64,000 nt of DNA from an uncultured Prevotella sp. (GCA_900770845.1 CAAGLS010000131.1:214-64213), one strand, 5' to 3'. Shown: positions 18,038-30,403, counted from the first letter of the stretch. The notes: generated by a model not told the origin, from the letters alone. A program made the numbers and translations.

Positions 18038-18616
18038 TTATTGGTGGGCGATGCGGTCTTTGTTGCGTGTGGCGAAGTCCTTCCAGCTGCTGTAGCCTTT
18101 TGCCTCGCTTAGGGGGCGTCCCATCTGCAGGAAATGGCAGTAGGCCGCTCCGAGAGCGTCGGTGGCATCCATGAATCGTGGCATGTCGTCGTCGCTGAGG
18201 TGGAGCATGCGGCGGAGCATGTCGGCCACTTGCTGCTTGCTGGCCGAGCCGTTGCCGGTGATGGCCATCTTGATTTTCAGCGGTGCATACTCGTGGATGG
18301 GAACGTCGCGGCAGATGGCGGCAGCGATGGCGACCCCTTGTGCTCGTCCCAACTTGAGCATGGACTGTACGTTCTTGCCGAAGAAGGGAGCCTCGATGGC
18401 CATTTCGTCTGGCAAGTATTCCTCTATGATTCCCAGCACGCGCTGGTAGATGCGTCCCAGTCTCAAGTAGGGGTCGTGCATCTTGCGCAGGTCGATGACT
18501 CCCATGGCCATCATCGAAGCCTTGTTGCCTGCCACTTTAAGGAGTCCATAGCCCATGACGTTGGTTCCCGGGTCGATGCCGAGGATGATTTTGCCAGTCT
18601 TTGAGAGTTCTGCCAT
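18038..18616 (-). CDS. ruvC: Crossover junction endodeoxyribonuclease RuvC
   Basis: 192 aa. N-terminal [15 protein letters not shown] motif and RNase-H fold residues. Confidence 0.88.
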   Translation of the reverse strand: MAELSKTGKIILGIDPGTNVMGYGLLKVAGNKASMMAMGVIDLRKMHDPYLRLGRIYQRVLGIIEEYLPDEMAIEAPFFGKNVQSMLKLGRAQGVAIAAAICRDVPIHEYAPLKIKMAITGNGSASKQQVADMLRRMLHLSDDDMPRFMDATDALGAAYCHFLQMGRPLSEAKGYSSWKDFATRNKDRIAHQ

Positions 18617-19261
18617 CTATCGGTCGAGATAGGGATTGGAGGTCTGCTCCTTGCCCATGGTGGTGTAGTCGCCGTGTCCGGGAAGGATTTGCGTCTCGTC
18701 GGGAAGCTGGCTGATGGCGCGCAGGCTCTGGATGAGCAGGAACATGCTTCCGCCGGGAATGTCGGTGCGTCCCACCGAGTTGTGGAACAGCGTGTCGCCG
18801 GAGAAGGCCACATTCTCATCCTTGCAATAATAGAACACGCTTCCGGGCGTGTGGCCGGGTGTCTCAAGGATGGTGAAAGTGTGGCTGCCAAAACATATTT
18901 TGTCGTTGGCGCTTAGGAAGCGGCCCACGGCGGGCATCTCGTAGTCGAGCGTGATGTCGCAGAACGATTCGGCCTGCTCGGGCAGGGTTTCCATGAGCTG
19001 CGCCTCGTCGGCGTGGACCTCAGGCTTCAGCCCAAACTCCTTGAACATCGTGTTGTTGCCAAAGTTGTGGTCGATATGGCCATGGGTGGCAATGAGGTGC
19101 TTTGGCACGAGGCGGTTGCTGCGGATGTAGTCGACAATGGCCTTGCGCTCCTCGGGGAAGAAAGCACCGCAGTCGACGATGACGCATTCGTTGGTCTCGT
19201 CGCTCATCACGTATGTGTTCTCTTGAATGGGGTTGCAAACAAAACGTACTATATTCAGCAT
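18617..19261 (-). CDS. MBL-fold metallo-hydrolase
   Basis: HxHxDH motif (ATHGHIDHNFG) and PGHTPGS. Start moved to MLNIVRF within ORF 18617..19309. Confidence 0.75.
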   Translation of the reverse strand: MLNIVRFVCNPIQENTYVMSDETNECVIVDCGAFFPEERKAIVDYIRSNRLVPKHLIATHGHIDHNFGNNTMFKEFGLKPEVHADEAQLMETLPEQAESFCDITLDYEMPAVGRFLSANDKICFGSHTFTILETPGHTPGSVFYYCKDENVAFSGDTLFHNSVGRTDIPGGSMFLLIQSLRAISQLPDETQILPGHGDYTTMGKEQTSNPYLDR

Positions 19262-19875
19262 GGGAGATAAATGATGTTTTTGCCAACAAACCACTTCTCC
19301 TTGAACCATTCGGAAAGAGGGAGCACGTTGACAATGTTCTTATAGGGTTTTACTTCTTCGGTCAGGCTTCCGCCCTTCAGGGTGATGATGCCGTTGGGGA
19401 GGGCGTTGCGCTGCCTGCGGGAGATGTTCTTGCGCATGAGCTTGAACATGTCGGGAAGCTGCATGACAGCCCGTGAGACGATGAAGTCGTAATGGCCACG
19501 CTCATCCTCGCCCCTCAGGTGTTCGGCGGCGACGTTTTTCAGCCCGATGGCCTTGGCCACCTCCGTGGCCACCATAATCTTCTTGCCCGTCCCGTCTATG
19601 AGCTTGAAGTTGACTTCGGGGAACATGACGGCGAGTGGTATGCCGGGGAAGCCGCCCCCTGTGCCGAAGTCGAGCACGTCGGTGTCTGGCTTGAAGCGGA
19701 TGAACTTGGCTATAGCGAGAGAATGGAGAACGTGATGCTCATAGAGATTGTCGATGTCCTTGCGGGATATGACATTGATTTTCGCGTTCCAATCAGCATA
19801 CAAGTCGAAGAGAGCAGCGAATTGGCGACGCTGCTCCTCGCTCAAATCAGGGAAATATTTCAGGATCTCGTTCAT
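19255..19875 (-). CDS. rsmG: 16S rRNA (guanine527-N7)-methyltransferase RsmG
   Basis: 206 aa. SAM-binding motif DFGTGGGFPGIPLAV typical of GidB/RsmG. Confidence 0.85.
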   Translation of the reverse strand: MNEILKYFPDLSEEQRRQFAALFDLYADWNAKINVISRKDIDNLYEHHVLHSLAIAKFIRFKPDTDVLDFGTGGGFPGIPLAVMFPEVNFKLIDGTGKKIMVATEVAKAIGLKNVAAEHLRGEDERGHYDFIVSRAVMQLPDMFKLMRKNISRRQRNALPNGIITLKGGSLTEEVKPYKNIVNVLPLSEWFKEKWFVGKNIIYLPC

Positions 19876-20660
19876 TGATTTTTGAGTAAATGCTTGATTT
19901 CTTTTTTGCCCACCTCGATTCTCAGTTCGCCGGCATCGCGGGGAGCCACCTCTTCGGGTGCGTAGAAGAACACGATCCGATGGTTTTGAAGAATGAAGTT
20001 GTCGGGAAGATAAGGCCTGTCGTTGGCGAACACTCCTTTCTCGCTCAGTTCATGCTCGCTGCGGGCGTCGAAGCGGTCCATCATTTTCTGTGTGATGATG
20101 CGTAGCAGGCCATTGTGGTAGCCGGGCACGAAGATGTCGTCGAGCGTGATGCGACGGGCTGTCGGAAGATGGAAGTTGCGGGCCACGGTGTGCCATTGCC
20201 GGTTGTCGGCGTTGCCGGAGAGGATGTGGGCTACATAGCAGAACGTGGAGTCGGGGCCTTGCAGGGTTTCTGAATACACTTTGTAAGTGTAATTGTACTG
20301 GTCGGCGTTTGACAGGTCTGACTTGTATAGGCTGGCAAACTGTTCGCGCCAGCCATTGATGCAGTTCTGCGCAATGGATTGGGCGTATTGGTCGATGGGC
20401 AACCTCTCCTTGGGGATGTATTCGGGCAGGATGAAGCCCGAGCTTGCCATGGCGTCGTTGAGCCGCCGCATCCCGCGGAAATGTCGCAGGCAGAGGTGTA
20501 TCTCGCAATGGGGCGAATGGGTGTCGTCGGTGAGGGCCGCCACGGTGTCGACCACGGTGCTGTCGACTTCGAAGCCGCATATCTTGTCACTGTTGCCGCC
20601 CCCCTCCCCACAAGAAGTGAGGAAGAAGACGGCAACCAATGAAAGAATCAGCGTTCTCAT
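19872..20660 (-). CDS. Lipoprotein, DUF3298/DUF4163-like (RsiV-like fold), hypothetical
   Basis: SpII signal with lipobox (LTSC). 262 aa. Family assignment tentative. Confidence 0.5.
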   Translation of the reverse strand: MRTLILSLVAVFFLTSCGEGGGNSDKICGFEVDSTVVDTVAALTDDTHSPHCEIHLCLRHFRGMRRLNDAMASSGFILPEYIPKERLPIDQYAQSIAQNCINGWREQFASLYKSDLSNADQYNYTYKVYSETLQGPDSTFCYVAHILSGNADNRQWHTVARNFHLPTARRITLDDIFVPGYHNGLLRIITQKMMDRFDARSEHELSEKGVFANDRPYLPDNFILQNHRIVFFYAPEEVAPRDAGELRIEVGKKEIKHLLKNQ

Positions 20661-20672
20661 CCTGAGCGTCTG

Positions 20673-22154
20673 TTAATAGTTGCGGGCTATGATGACGCGT
20701 GCCACTGAGGGCTTCCCGCTCACCATGTCGGTGCCGGGCGTCTGGTCGTAGCCGTAGGGAATGCAGCGGATTGTGGCTTGGGTCTCCTCTTTGATTTTGG
20801 CCTCGGTCTCGGCTGTGCCGTCCCAGGGGCAGAGGAAGAAGCCGCCGTCCTTGATGCGCTCCTTGAACTCCTCGTAGTTGTCGCAAGGATAGATGTGGGC
20901 GTCGCGGAACTTGCGTGCCTTCTCGAAGATGTTGTCTTGGATCTCTTCGAGAAGCCTCTTCACACGGTCAACGATGCCGTCGAAGCTGACGCTTTCCTTT
21001 TCCAATGTGTCGCGGCGCATGATCTCGATGGTGTTGCTCTCCAAGTCGCGTCCGCCCATGACCAAGCGCACGGGGACGCCTTTGAGCTCATAGTCGGCAA
21101 ACTTGAAGCCGGGACGCTTGTTGTCGGCATCGTCGTATTTCACGCTGACACCAGCCTCGCGCAGCTGTTCGATGGCGGGCCGCAGCTTGTCGGAGATGGC
21201 TTTCAGCTGCTCGTCATTCTTATATATAGGAACGATGACCACCTGGATGGGAGCCACCTTGGGCGGAAGCACCAGACCGTTGTCATCGCTGTGTGCCATG
21301 ATGAGGGCGCCGATAAGGCGCGTGGACACACCCCATGAAGTGGCCCAGACATACTGTGGCTTGTTGTCCTTGTCCAGATAGGTCACGTCGAAGCTCTTGG
21401 CGAAGTTCTGGCCCAAGAAGTGGGAAGTGCCGCTCTGCAGGGCTTTGCCGTCTTGCATCATCGCCTCGATGGTGTAGGTGTCTACGGCGCCTGCGAAGCG
21501 CTCTGTCTCGCTCTTCTCGCCCCGAACCACAGGAACAGCAATCACGTTCTCGGCGAAGTTGGCATAGACGTTGAGCATTTTCTTGGCCAGCTCGCGGGCT
21601 TCCTCCATTGTGGCATGGGCTGTGTGGCCTTCCTGCCAAAGGAATTCTGAGGTGCGGAGGAAGGGGCGGGTGCGCATCTCCCAGCGCATCACGTTGCACC
21701 ACTGGTTGCAGAGAATCGGCAGGTCGCGCCAGCTGTGTATCCAGCCTTTGTAGGTGTTCCAGACCATCGTTTCGGAAGTGGGGCGGATGATGAGTTCCTC
21801 CTCAAGCTTGGCGGTCGGGTCGACGATGATGTCCTTGCCATCGTCGCTGGTTTTCAGGCGGTAGTGGGTGACCACGGCGCTCTCCTTGGCGAAGCCCTTG
21901 ACGTGCTCAGCCTCGCGGGCGAAGAAGCTCTTTGGAATGAGCAGCGGGAAGTAGGCGTTCTGCACGCCCACCTTCTTGAAGTCGGCGTCCAAGGCAGCCT
22001 GCATCTTCTCCCAGATAGCGTAGCCGTAAGGCTTGATGATCATGCATCCGCGCACGGGAGCCTGCTCGGCCAAATCAGCTTTCATCACTAAGTCGTTGTA
22101 CCACTGGCTGTAGTTGTCAGCGCGCTTGGTCAACTGTTTTAATTCTTTTGCCAT
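20673..22154 (-). CDS. proS: Proline--tRNA ligase (archaeal/eukaryotic-type class II ProRS)
   Basis: 493 aa with class II aaRS motifs and the ProRS C-terminal domain. The short form lacks an insertion editing domain. Confidence 0.9.
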   Translation of the reverse strand: MAKELKQLTKRADNYSQWYNDLVMKADLAEQAPVRGCMIIKPYGYAIWEKMQAALDADFKKVGVQNAYFPLLIPKSFFAREAEHVKGFAKESAVVTHYRLKTSDDGKDIIVDPTAKLEEELIIRPTSETMVWNTYKGWIHSWRDLPILCNQWCNVMRWEMRTRPFLRTSEFLWQEGHTAHATMEEARELAKKMLNVYANFAENVIAVPVVRGEKSETERFAGAVDTYTIEAMMQDGKALQSGTSHFLGQNFAKSFDVTYLDKDNKPQYVWATSWGVSTRLIGALIMAHSDDNGLVLPPKVAPIQVVIVPIYKNDEQLKAISDKLRPAIEQLREAGVSVKYDDADNKRPGFKFADYELKGVPVRLVMGGRDLESNTIEIMRRDTLEKESVSFDGIVDRVKRLLEEIQDNIFEKARKFRDAHIYPCDNYEEFKERIKDGGFFLCPWDGTAETEAKIKEETQATIRCIPYGYDQTPGTDMVSGKPSVARVIIARNY

Positions 22155-22314
22155 TTCTTCTTATTTCTTTTTTTCCAATTTTCCTGTCATGAGTAGGGAT
22201 TTGCCGAAAGAAAATAGGGATATTTCCTTTGCTGTTACCCAAGAAAGTCTTAACTTTGCGCAAAAGTAATAAAAATTATTGGGAAAAGTGGGGGTTGGCT
22301 ACTAAAAAAACAAT

Positions 22315-22322
22315 AACTTTGC
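22315..22322 (+). promoter_or_regulatory. -7 promoter box TAACTTTG for the ompA-family gene. A second identical box lies at 22251-22258.
   Basis: Two TAnnTTTG matches, 50 and 114 bp upstream of the ATG at 22372. Confidence 0.4.
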
Positions 22323-22371
22323 AAGTGGGCTCCCGAAAGAGAAGTAAAACGAGATAATAAAATATACGATT

Positions 22372-23067
22372 ATGAAGAACTTTAAGATTGCAACAGTAGG
22401 ACTTTGTTTCCTCACATTGACGAGTACTTTCGTAGGTTGTTCCACCAAGCAGGGCACAGGCGCGTTGGCTGGAGCTGGAGGCGGTGCCGCCTTGGGAGCC
22501 ATCATCGGCGCCATTGCCGGTCATGGCAAGGGTGCTGCCATTGGCGCTGCCATTGGCGGTGCAGTCGGTGCGGGAACAGGAGCCATCATTGGCCGCCACA
22601 TGGACAAGGTGGCCCAGGAGACCGCCCAGCAGGTGCCCGACGCCCAAGTGGAGGAGGTGACTGATGCCAACGGTCTGAAGGCAGTGAAGGTGACCTTTGA
22701 CTCAGGCATTCTCTTTGCCACCAACAAGGCCGACTTGAACCAGTCGTCAAAGAACAGTTTGGCCAAGTTCTCCAATGTGCTGAAGAACAACTCCGACTGC
22801 TACGTTGACATCTATGGCCACACAGACTCCACCGGCAACGACGGCATCAACATTCCGTTGAGCAACAATCGCGCAAAGAGCGTCTACAACTATCTGACCA
22901 GCTGCGGCGTCTCTTCCAGCCAGGTGCAGAAGGTTGAGGGCAAGGGAAGCTCCGAGCCCGTTGGTGACAACAGCACAGTAGAGGGTCGCAAGCAAAACCG
23001 TCGCGTGGAGGTCTACCTCTATGCTTCCCAAGCTCTCGTGGACAAGGCCAACAATGGACAATTGTAA
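22372..23067 (+). CDS. OmpA-family lipoprotein with an N-terminal glycine-zipper region
   Basis: Lipobox (FVGCS). A Gly/Ala-rich zipper. C-terminal OmpA-like peptidoglycan-binding domain (…NRRVEV…). Confidence 0.85.
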   Translation: MKNFKIATVGLCFLTLTSTFVGCSTKQGTGALAGAGGGAALGAIIGAIAGHGKGAAIGAAIGGAVGAGTGAIIGRHMDKVAQETAQQVPDAQVEEVTDANGLKAVKVTFDSGILFATNKADLNQSSKNSLAKFSNVLKNNSDCYVDIYGHTDSTGNDGINIPLSNNRAKSVYNYLTSCGVSSSQVQKVEGKGSSEPVGDNSTVEGRKQNRRVEVYLYASQALVDKANNGQL

Positions 23068-23105
23068 CATTGATAGTGCCTTAGCGATAATAGTGTCAAA
23101 CCATA

Positions 23106-23150
23106 GGGAATGTTCTTCCATCCACGGAAGAACATTCCCCTTTGTGTGTT
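23106..23150 (+). terminator. Intrinsic terminator after the ompA-family gene
   Basis: GGGAATGTTCTTCC-atccac-GGAAGAACATTCCC, a perfect 14-bp stem, followed by a T-rich run. Confidence 0.75.
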
Positions 23151-23155
23151 TCTGA

Positions 23156-23896
23156 ATGAAGCTATTGAAGAAGATTGTGGGTTGGGGGCTGTCTCTTTTT
23201 CTGGCCTCTTCCATCTTGGCGGTTGTTGTCTACAAGTTTCTGCCGGTCTATGTCACGCCGCTCATGGTGATACGCCTTTTCCAGCAAGCTGGTGAGGGCG
23301 AGTCGTTGAAGTGGCACCACACGTGGGTCCCCATGGATGAGATTAGTCCCCACATGCCCGTGGCAGTGATGGCGAGTGAGGATCAGCGTTTTCTTCTTCA
23401 TCATGGGTTCGACGTGAATGCCATAGAGAAGGCCGCAAGAAACAACATCAATGGCGGAAGAATCCACGGCGGCAGCACCATCTCGCAACAGACGGCGAAG
23501 AATGTTTTCCTGTGGCCGGGGCGCAGCTGGGTGCGCAAGGGATTTGAGGCCTACTTCACCTTTCTCATCGAACTGATGTGGAGCAAGCAGCGCATCATGG
23601 AAGTCTATCTCAATTCCATAGAGATGGGCGATGGCATCTACGGCGTGGAGGCTTGTGCGGAGCATCATTTCGACAAGGAGGCCATCGACCTCACGCGTCC
23701 CCAATGCGCCCTGATAGCCGCCACATTGCCCAATCCCCGAAAGTTCTCTTCCAAGGATCCTTCCCCCTACATCAAGCGACGCTCCGTGCAGATTCAGCAC
23801 CAGATGCAGTTCATACCCTCTTTTCCCAGGGAGGGGGAGGATTTTGACCCAAACACGTCCTCTGGCGGAGTCTACCGTAATCATCGTAAAAAATAA
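23156..23896 (+). CDS. mtgA: Monofunctional biosynthetic peptidoglycan transglycosylase
   Basis: N-terminal TM segment. GT51 motifs ([15 protein letters not shown]). Confidence 0.85.
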   Translation: MKLLKKIVGWGLSLFLASSILAVVVYKFLPVYVTPLMVIRLFQQAGEGESLKWHHTWVPMDEISPHMPVAVMASEDQRFLLHHGFDVNAIEKAARNNINGGRIHGGSTISQQTAKNVFLWPGRSWVRKGFEAYFTFLIELMWSKQRIMEVYLNSIEMGDGIYGVEACAEHHFDKEAIDLTRPQCALIAATLPNPRKFSSKDPSPYIKRRSVQIQHQMQFIPSFPREGEDFDPNTSSGGVYRNHRKK

Positions 23897-23904
23897 TTTG
23901 TTCA

Positions 23905-26400
<2,496 letters not shown>

Positions 26401-26401
26401 T

Positions 26402-26911
26402 ATGGATTTTTTGAGTTTAGTCACCAGTCGCCATTCCGTGCGCCGCTTTTCCTCCGAGCCTGTCGACGACAGGCAGTTGGACGCTGTGCTTGAGGCTGTG
26501 CGCCTGGCTCCGTCGGCCTGCAACAGGCAGCCGTGGAAGTTTCTCATAGTACGTTCCGAAGAGGCCAAGGCTCGTCTGCGCCAGTGCTACGACCGCAGTT
26601 GGTTCGCCTCTGCGCCCATGTATATTGTCTGTCTTCGCGACATCGGTAGTGAGTGGGTGCGTCCCGACGACCACAAGCCACATGGCGACATCGATGTGGC
26701 CATAGCCACGGAGCATCTGTGTCTGGCCGCCGCCGAGCAGGGACTTGGCACGTGTTGGGTGTGCAATTTCGATGTGGCTCTCGTCAAGCAGCTTTTTCCC
26801 GTGGATGGTTTTGAACCCGTGGCCTTGATTCCCATTGGCCATCCCGCTCCCGACTGTCCGAATCCCGAAACGAGCAGAAAGCCATTGGAAGAGATTGTTG
26901 AGTGGCTGTAG
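26402..26911 (+). CDS. Nitroreductase family protein
   Basis: 169 aa with the nitroreductase fold (RHSVRRF…PSACNRQPW). Confidence 0.8.
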   Translation: MDFLSLVTSRHSVRRFSSEPVDDRQLDAVLEAVRLAPSACNRQPWKFLIVRSEEAKARLRQCYDRSWFASAPMYIVCLRDIGSEWVRPDDHKPHGDIDVAIATEHLCLAAAEQGLGTCWVCNFDVALVKQLFPVDGFEPVALIPIGHPAPDCPNPETSRKPLEEIVEWL

Positions 26912-26948
26912 CCCTGTTCGCCTCTTGCCCCCTGGGGGTGGTGTGATC

Positions 26949-27033
26949 AAACGCGTTTGTTTTTTCTTCTGTCGATTTGAGCCACGTTTTTAGTAGGTCC
27001 GGCTGCATCGCTGAAGAAAAAACAAACGCGTTT
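26949..27033. promoter_or_regulatory. Long hairpin: two perfect 21-bp inverted arms (AAACGCGTTTGTTTTTTCTTC / GAAGAAAAAACAAACGCGTTT) separated by a 43-nt loop. Lies just after the nitroreductase gene.
   Basis: Read from the sequence. Could act as a terminator for the upstream gene, or be part of the structured leader of the downstream gene. Confidence 0.5.
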
Positions 27034-27200
27034 ATGGTTGGTTCCAGGCATAGGATTGAAGTGGGTTGCCTTTCACCCACCTTTCCTTATTCCTGACTGT
27101 ATCAATGAATTTCCCCTAAGCTTGTGTGTGCCATTGTGTTATGGCAAGTCCCGTATAAGCCATCTACGTGCGAAAGACCATCTGCTTCTGTTCTGTGTCA

Positions 27201-27283
27201 GTTGTCGCGGACTATCGTGCCAGTTGTCACGGACTATCGTGACAATTGACACGGACTATCGTGACAACTGTCACAAATGTTGT
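27201..27283. repeat. Second copy of the 83-bp tandem 22-bp palindromic-unit module seen at 1-83
   Basis: About 90% identical to positions 1-83 (gttgtcGcggactatcgtgccagttgtcacgGactatcgtgAcaattGacacGgactatcgtgacaactgTcacAaatgttgt). Confidence 0.85.
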
Positions 27284-27304
27284 CCGACGCTTCTTGAAGA
27301 CTCC

Positions 27305-27430
27305 GAAGAGCGGGCTTATGCTGTTCTTCGTCGGTTTGCACTACTTTCGGATAAGGTAGGTGGCATCTCGGAAGAAAAAATAAGCGGGCTTATTTTGTTC
27401 TTCGCCCGATTTACACTACCTTTGCAGCGA
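27305..27430. repeat. Two copies of an about 42-47-bp unit (agcgggcttatNctgttcttcgNcgNtttRcactacYtt…) spaced about 74 bp apart. The second copy contains the -7 promoter box of the DUF4494 gene.
   Basis: Read from the sequence, 27309-27350 versus 27383-27429. Confidence 0.6.
27417..27424 (+). promoter_or_regulatory. -7 promoter box TACCTTTG for the DUF4494 gene
   Basis: Match to TAnnTTTG, 28 bp upstream of the ATG at 27452. Confidence 0.45.
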
Positions 27431-27451
27431 AAAGAAAAAAATATCGAAAAA

Positions 27452-27958
27452 ATGAGATCAAGAACATCAGATTGGTTTGAAACCAAGATTCGTTACGACA
27501 AGACCCAAGAGGACGGCACACAGAAGAAAGTCACTGAGCAATACGTTGTCGACGCGCTCAGCTTCACTGAGGCCGAAAGCTCCATCATAGAGGAAATGTC
27601 GTCGTATATCAGCGGCGACTTCAAAATCACCGACATCAAGCCGGCCCCCTATCATGAGATATTCTTCTCTGACATGGAAAGTGACGACAAGTGGTTCAAG
27701 ACAAAACTGCAGTTTATCACCATCGACGAGAAGACGGAGAAGGAGAAACGCTCCAACGTGAACTATCTCGTTCAGGCCGGGACACTCGAAGGAGCTGTGA
27801 AGCATATCGGTGAGGTGATGGGCACGACGATGAACGACTATGCCATCGCCAGCGTCGCCGAGACGATGATCATGGACGTGTTTGAACACAACGCACAGCC
27901 CAAGAAAGAGCAGCCCGACGACAAGCCCGAGTACGAGGAACAGCCCAAGGCCGAGTAG
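27452..27958 (+). CDS. DUF4494-like hypothetical protein (about 168 aa), acidic C-terminus
   Basis: ORF 27038..27958, start moved to MRSRTSDWFE. The upstream in-frame extension spans tandem repeats and the promoter, so it is judged non-coding. Confidence 0.6.
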   Translation: MRSRTSDWFETKIRYDKTQEDGTQKKVTEQYVVDALSFTEAESSIIEEMSSYISGDFKITDIKPAPYHEIFFSDMESDDKWFKTKLQFITIDEKTEKEKRSNVNYLVQAGTLEGAVKHIGEVMGTTMNDYAIASVAETMIMDVFEHNAQPKKEQPDDKPEYEEQPKAE

Positions 27959-28009
27959 GAGGCTGCCAAGACAGAGGGATGCGAATGCCAAACAATAAAT
28001 CTTAGGATT

Positions 28010-28687
28010 ATGAATGTAGAAGATGTAGCGAAAAACTTGCACGAGGTGGTGGACACGCTTCCAAGTGGTGTGCGTCTTGTTGCAATCAGTAAGTTCCACC
28101 CCAATGAGTATATCGAGGCCGCCTACCGCGAGGGGCAGCGCGTTTTCGGCGAGAGCCATGAGCAGGAGCTTGCCCGCAAGGTGGAGTCGCTCCCCAAGGA
28201 CATCGAATGGCACTTCATTGGCCATCTGCAAACCAACAAGGTGAAGTATATCGCTCCCTATATCAGCATGATAGAGGCCGTAGACTCGATGAAACTCTTG
28301 AAGGAGATTGACAAGCAGGCCGCCAAGCACGAGCGGGTCATCGACGTGCTGCTCGAACTCCACATCGCTGAGGAGGAAACCAAATACGGACTCACGTTGG
28401 ACGCTTGCCGGAAACTGTTGGAGGAGGGCGAGTGGCGCAATCTGAAGCATGTGCACATCGCAGGACTTATGATGATGGCTTCCAATGTGGACGACGAGCA
28501 GCAGATTGCCTCAGAATTTGACACGGCCAAGGACTTCTTCGATGAGGTCAAGGCCCGGTATTTTGCCGACGACCCTACGTTCAAGGAACGCTCGTGGGGC
28601 ATGAGCCACGACTATCAGATTGCCGTCAGACACGGCTCCACCATGGTGCGCGTGGGAACAAGAATCTTCGGGCCGCGCGTGTATTGA
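28010..28687 (+). CDS. yggS: YggS-family pyridoxal-phosphate homeostasis protein
   Basis: 225 aa. PLP-binding Lys region (LVAISKFHP). Alanine-racemase N-terminal-like barrel. Confidence 0.85.
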   Translation: MNVEDVAKNLHEVVDTLPSGVRLVAISKFHPNEYIEAAYREGQRVFGESHEQELARKVESLPKDIEWHFIGHLQTNKVKYIAPYISMIEAVDSMKLLKEIDKQAAKHERVIDVLLELHIAEEETKYGLTLDACRKLLEEGEWRNLKHVHIAGLMMMASNVDDEQQIASEFDTAKDFFDEVKARYFADDPTFKERSWGMSHDYQIAVRHGSTMVRVGTRIFGPRVY

Positions 28688-28715
28688 TTCGTTTACAGCC
28701 TCATTTCCATAGGAT

Positions 28716-28757
28716 AACGCCTTCAAGCAACTTGTGGTTTGCTTGAAGGCGTTTTGC
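28716..28757 (+). terminator. Intrinsic terminator after yggS
   Basis: AACGCCTTCAAGCAA-cttgtggt-TTGCTTGAAGGCGTT, a perfect 15-bp stem, followed by TTTTG. Confidence 0.7.
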
Positions 28758-28958
28758 ATCTCTCGCTTTCCAATCCAGCTGGCTATCGTCAGATTGTAGC
28801 CTGTCGCATGTCGGCGGGAGGGAGGTAGTGGGGGAGGTGGGTAGTGGGACGCAAGGCGAGGGAGAGGGGAAAACCGAAACCAAGGAATTGGATTTTTGTG
28901 CTGCAAAATAATGAACGATGAATGGTGGATTGTGGATGAAAAAGGCTATCTTTGTGGC

Positions 28959-30125
28959 ATGAAAGTGAATTTGAAGACATTTGAGGGTGTCAACCGCCCC
29001 ATGTACGTGCTTGAGGAACAGCGGCTGAGAAACAACTTGGAAATCATCAGTGGTGTTGCGCGCCGTGCCGACGTGGAAATCATCATGGCCTTCAAGGCAT
29101 ACGCCTTGTGGCGCACCTTTCCCATCCTGCGTGAGTATATCGGCGCCACAACGGCAAGCTCGCTCTATGAGGCGCGGTTGGGAAAAGAGGAGTTTGGAGC
29201 TCCGGCCCATACTTTCTCCCCTGCCTATACGGATTATGAGATTGACGAGACAGCCCGATGCTCGTCGCATCTGATATTCAACTCGCTCAGCCAGTATGCG
29301 CGCTTCCACGAGAGGGCCTCACGGGCCAACGGAAAGTTGCTGATGGGGCTGCGAGTGAATCCTGAATACAGTGAGATTCAGACCCTGCTCTACAATCCTT
29401 GTGCGCCAGGCTCGCGCTTCGGTGTCCTGGCGGCGAGTCTGCCCGAGCAGTTGCCAGCCGACATCTCTGGTTTCCATATCCATTGCCACTGCGAGAGTGG
29501 AAGCGACGCCTTCGAGCATACGCTGGCCCATATCGAGGACAAGTTCGCTCGGTGGTTTCCGCAGCTGAAATGGATCAACTTCGGTGGTGGCCATCTGATG
29601 ACCCGCCGCGACTATGATGTCGACCGCTTGGTGGCCACGTTGCAGCTGTTCCACCAACGCTATCCTTGGCTTCACGTCATACTGGAGCCGGGCAGCGCCT
29701 TCGGCTGGCAGACGGGACCGTTGGTGAGCCAAGTGCAGGACATCGTGGAGAACCACGGAATCAAGACTGCCATCCTCAACGTCAGCTTTACCTGCCACAT
29801 GCCCGACTGTCTGGAGATGCCCTACCATCCGAGCGTGCGTGGCGCGCGTGTCGTCGACGAGGGCAGCTGCGGGGACGAGCCCCACGTCTATCGGCTTGGA
29901 GGCAACTCCTGCCTGAGTGGCGACTTTATGCAGAGCTGGGCTTTCGACCATGAGCTGCAGGTGGGGGAGAACATCATCTTCGAGGACATGCTCCACTACA
30001 CTACGGTGAAGACAACAATGTTCAACGGTGTGACCCATCCCGCCATCGTCCTGGCCCGTCCCGACGGCGAACTCGTTGCCCTCCGCGAGTTCGGCTATGA
30101 GGATTATAAGAACAGGATGGACTGA
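28959..30125 (+). CDS. nspC: Carboxynorspermidine/carboxyspermidine decarboxylase
   Basis: ORF 28896..30125 (its track start is a TTG). Start moved to MKVNLKTFEG. Fold III PLP decarboxylase with strong NspC-like sequence. Confidence 0.8.
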   Translation: MKVNLKTFEGVNRPMYVLEEQRLRNNLEIISGVARRADVEIIMAFKAYALWRTFPILREYIGATTASSLYEARLGKEEFGAPAHTFSPAYTDYEIDETARCSSHLIFNSLSQYARFHERASRANGKLLMGLRVNPEYSEIQTLLYNPCAPGSRFGVLAASLPEQLPADISGFHIHCHCESGSDAFEHTLAHIEDKFARWFPQLKWINFGGGHLMTRRDYDVDRLVATLQLFHQRYPWLHVILEPGSAFGWQTGPLVSQVQDIVENHGIKTAILNVSFTCHMPDCLEMPYHPSVRGARVVDEGSCGDEPHVYRLGGNSCLSGDFMQSWAFDHELQVGENIIFEDMLHYTTVKTTMFNGVTHPAIVLARPDGELVALREFGYEDYKNRMD

Positions 30126-30131
30126 AATACA

Positions 30132-30403
30132 AATCACAATTCATAATTCTTGGCCGCATAATATAGGCTGGTCCTAAAAAATAGGTTTGGAAAACAAGAC
30201 GATACGGACACGTGTTGTTTCGGTCGTCTTCTGCATCTGTGGGTCTCAAAACGTCAAGTCTCATCGGTCGTGTAGCCCGCTACGCTCCCTCTTCAACTTA
30301 CGTATTGAGTCCCGATAGCATGCAGAATAAGCTTCGGCCTATTTTTTAGAACCGACTTGTCATATAAATTGTCTTTGGCGCAAAGAATTATGAATTGTGA
30401 ATC
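30132..30403. repeat. MITE-like element of about 270 bp. Its imperfect terminal inverted repeats are about 55-60 bp: outer arms aatcacaattcataattctt / aagaattatgaattgtgaat, inner arms cctaaaaaatagg / cctattttttag. No internal ORF.
   Basis: Read from the sequence. Fills the whole intergenic gap between the convergent nspC and 30402..31232 genes and overlaps the latter's stop codon. Confidence 0.5.

Noticed and set aside
26980-27010. Possible RNase P or SRP RNA, flagged from 'aggtccggctgc' in the hairpin loop
   Set aside because: This is only a short partial resemblance to the conserved AAGUCCGG core of RNase P. None of the flanking conserved helices P4/P10-12 can be found by eye. It would need a covariance-model scan.
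27038-27451. In-frame N-terminal extension of the DUF4494 ORF, giving the 306-aa track ORF
   Set aside because: The extension spans the tandem palindromic repeats and the -7 promoter box. It has no start-codon context and its translation is Cys/Leu/Arg-rich repeat-derived sequence. The MRSR… start 28 bp after TACCTTTG is far more plausible.
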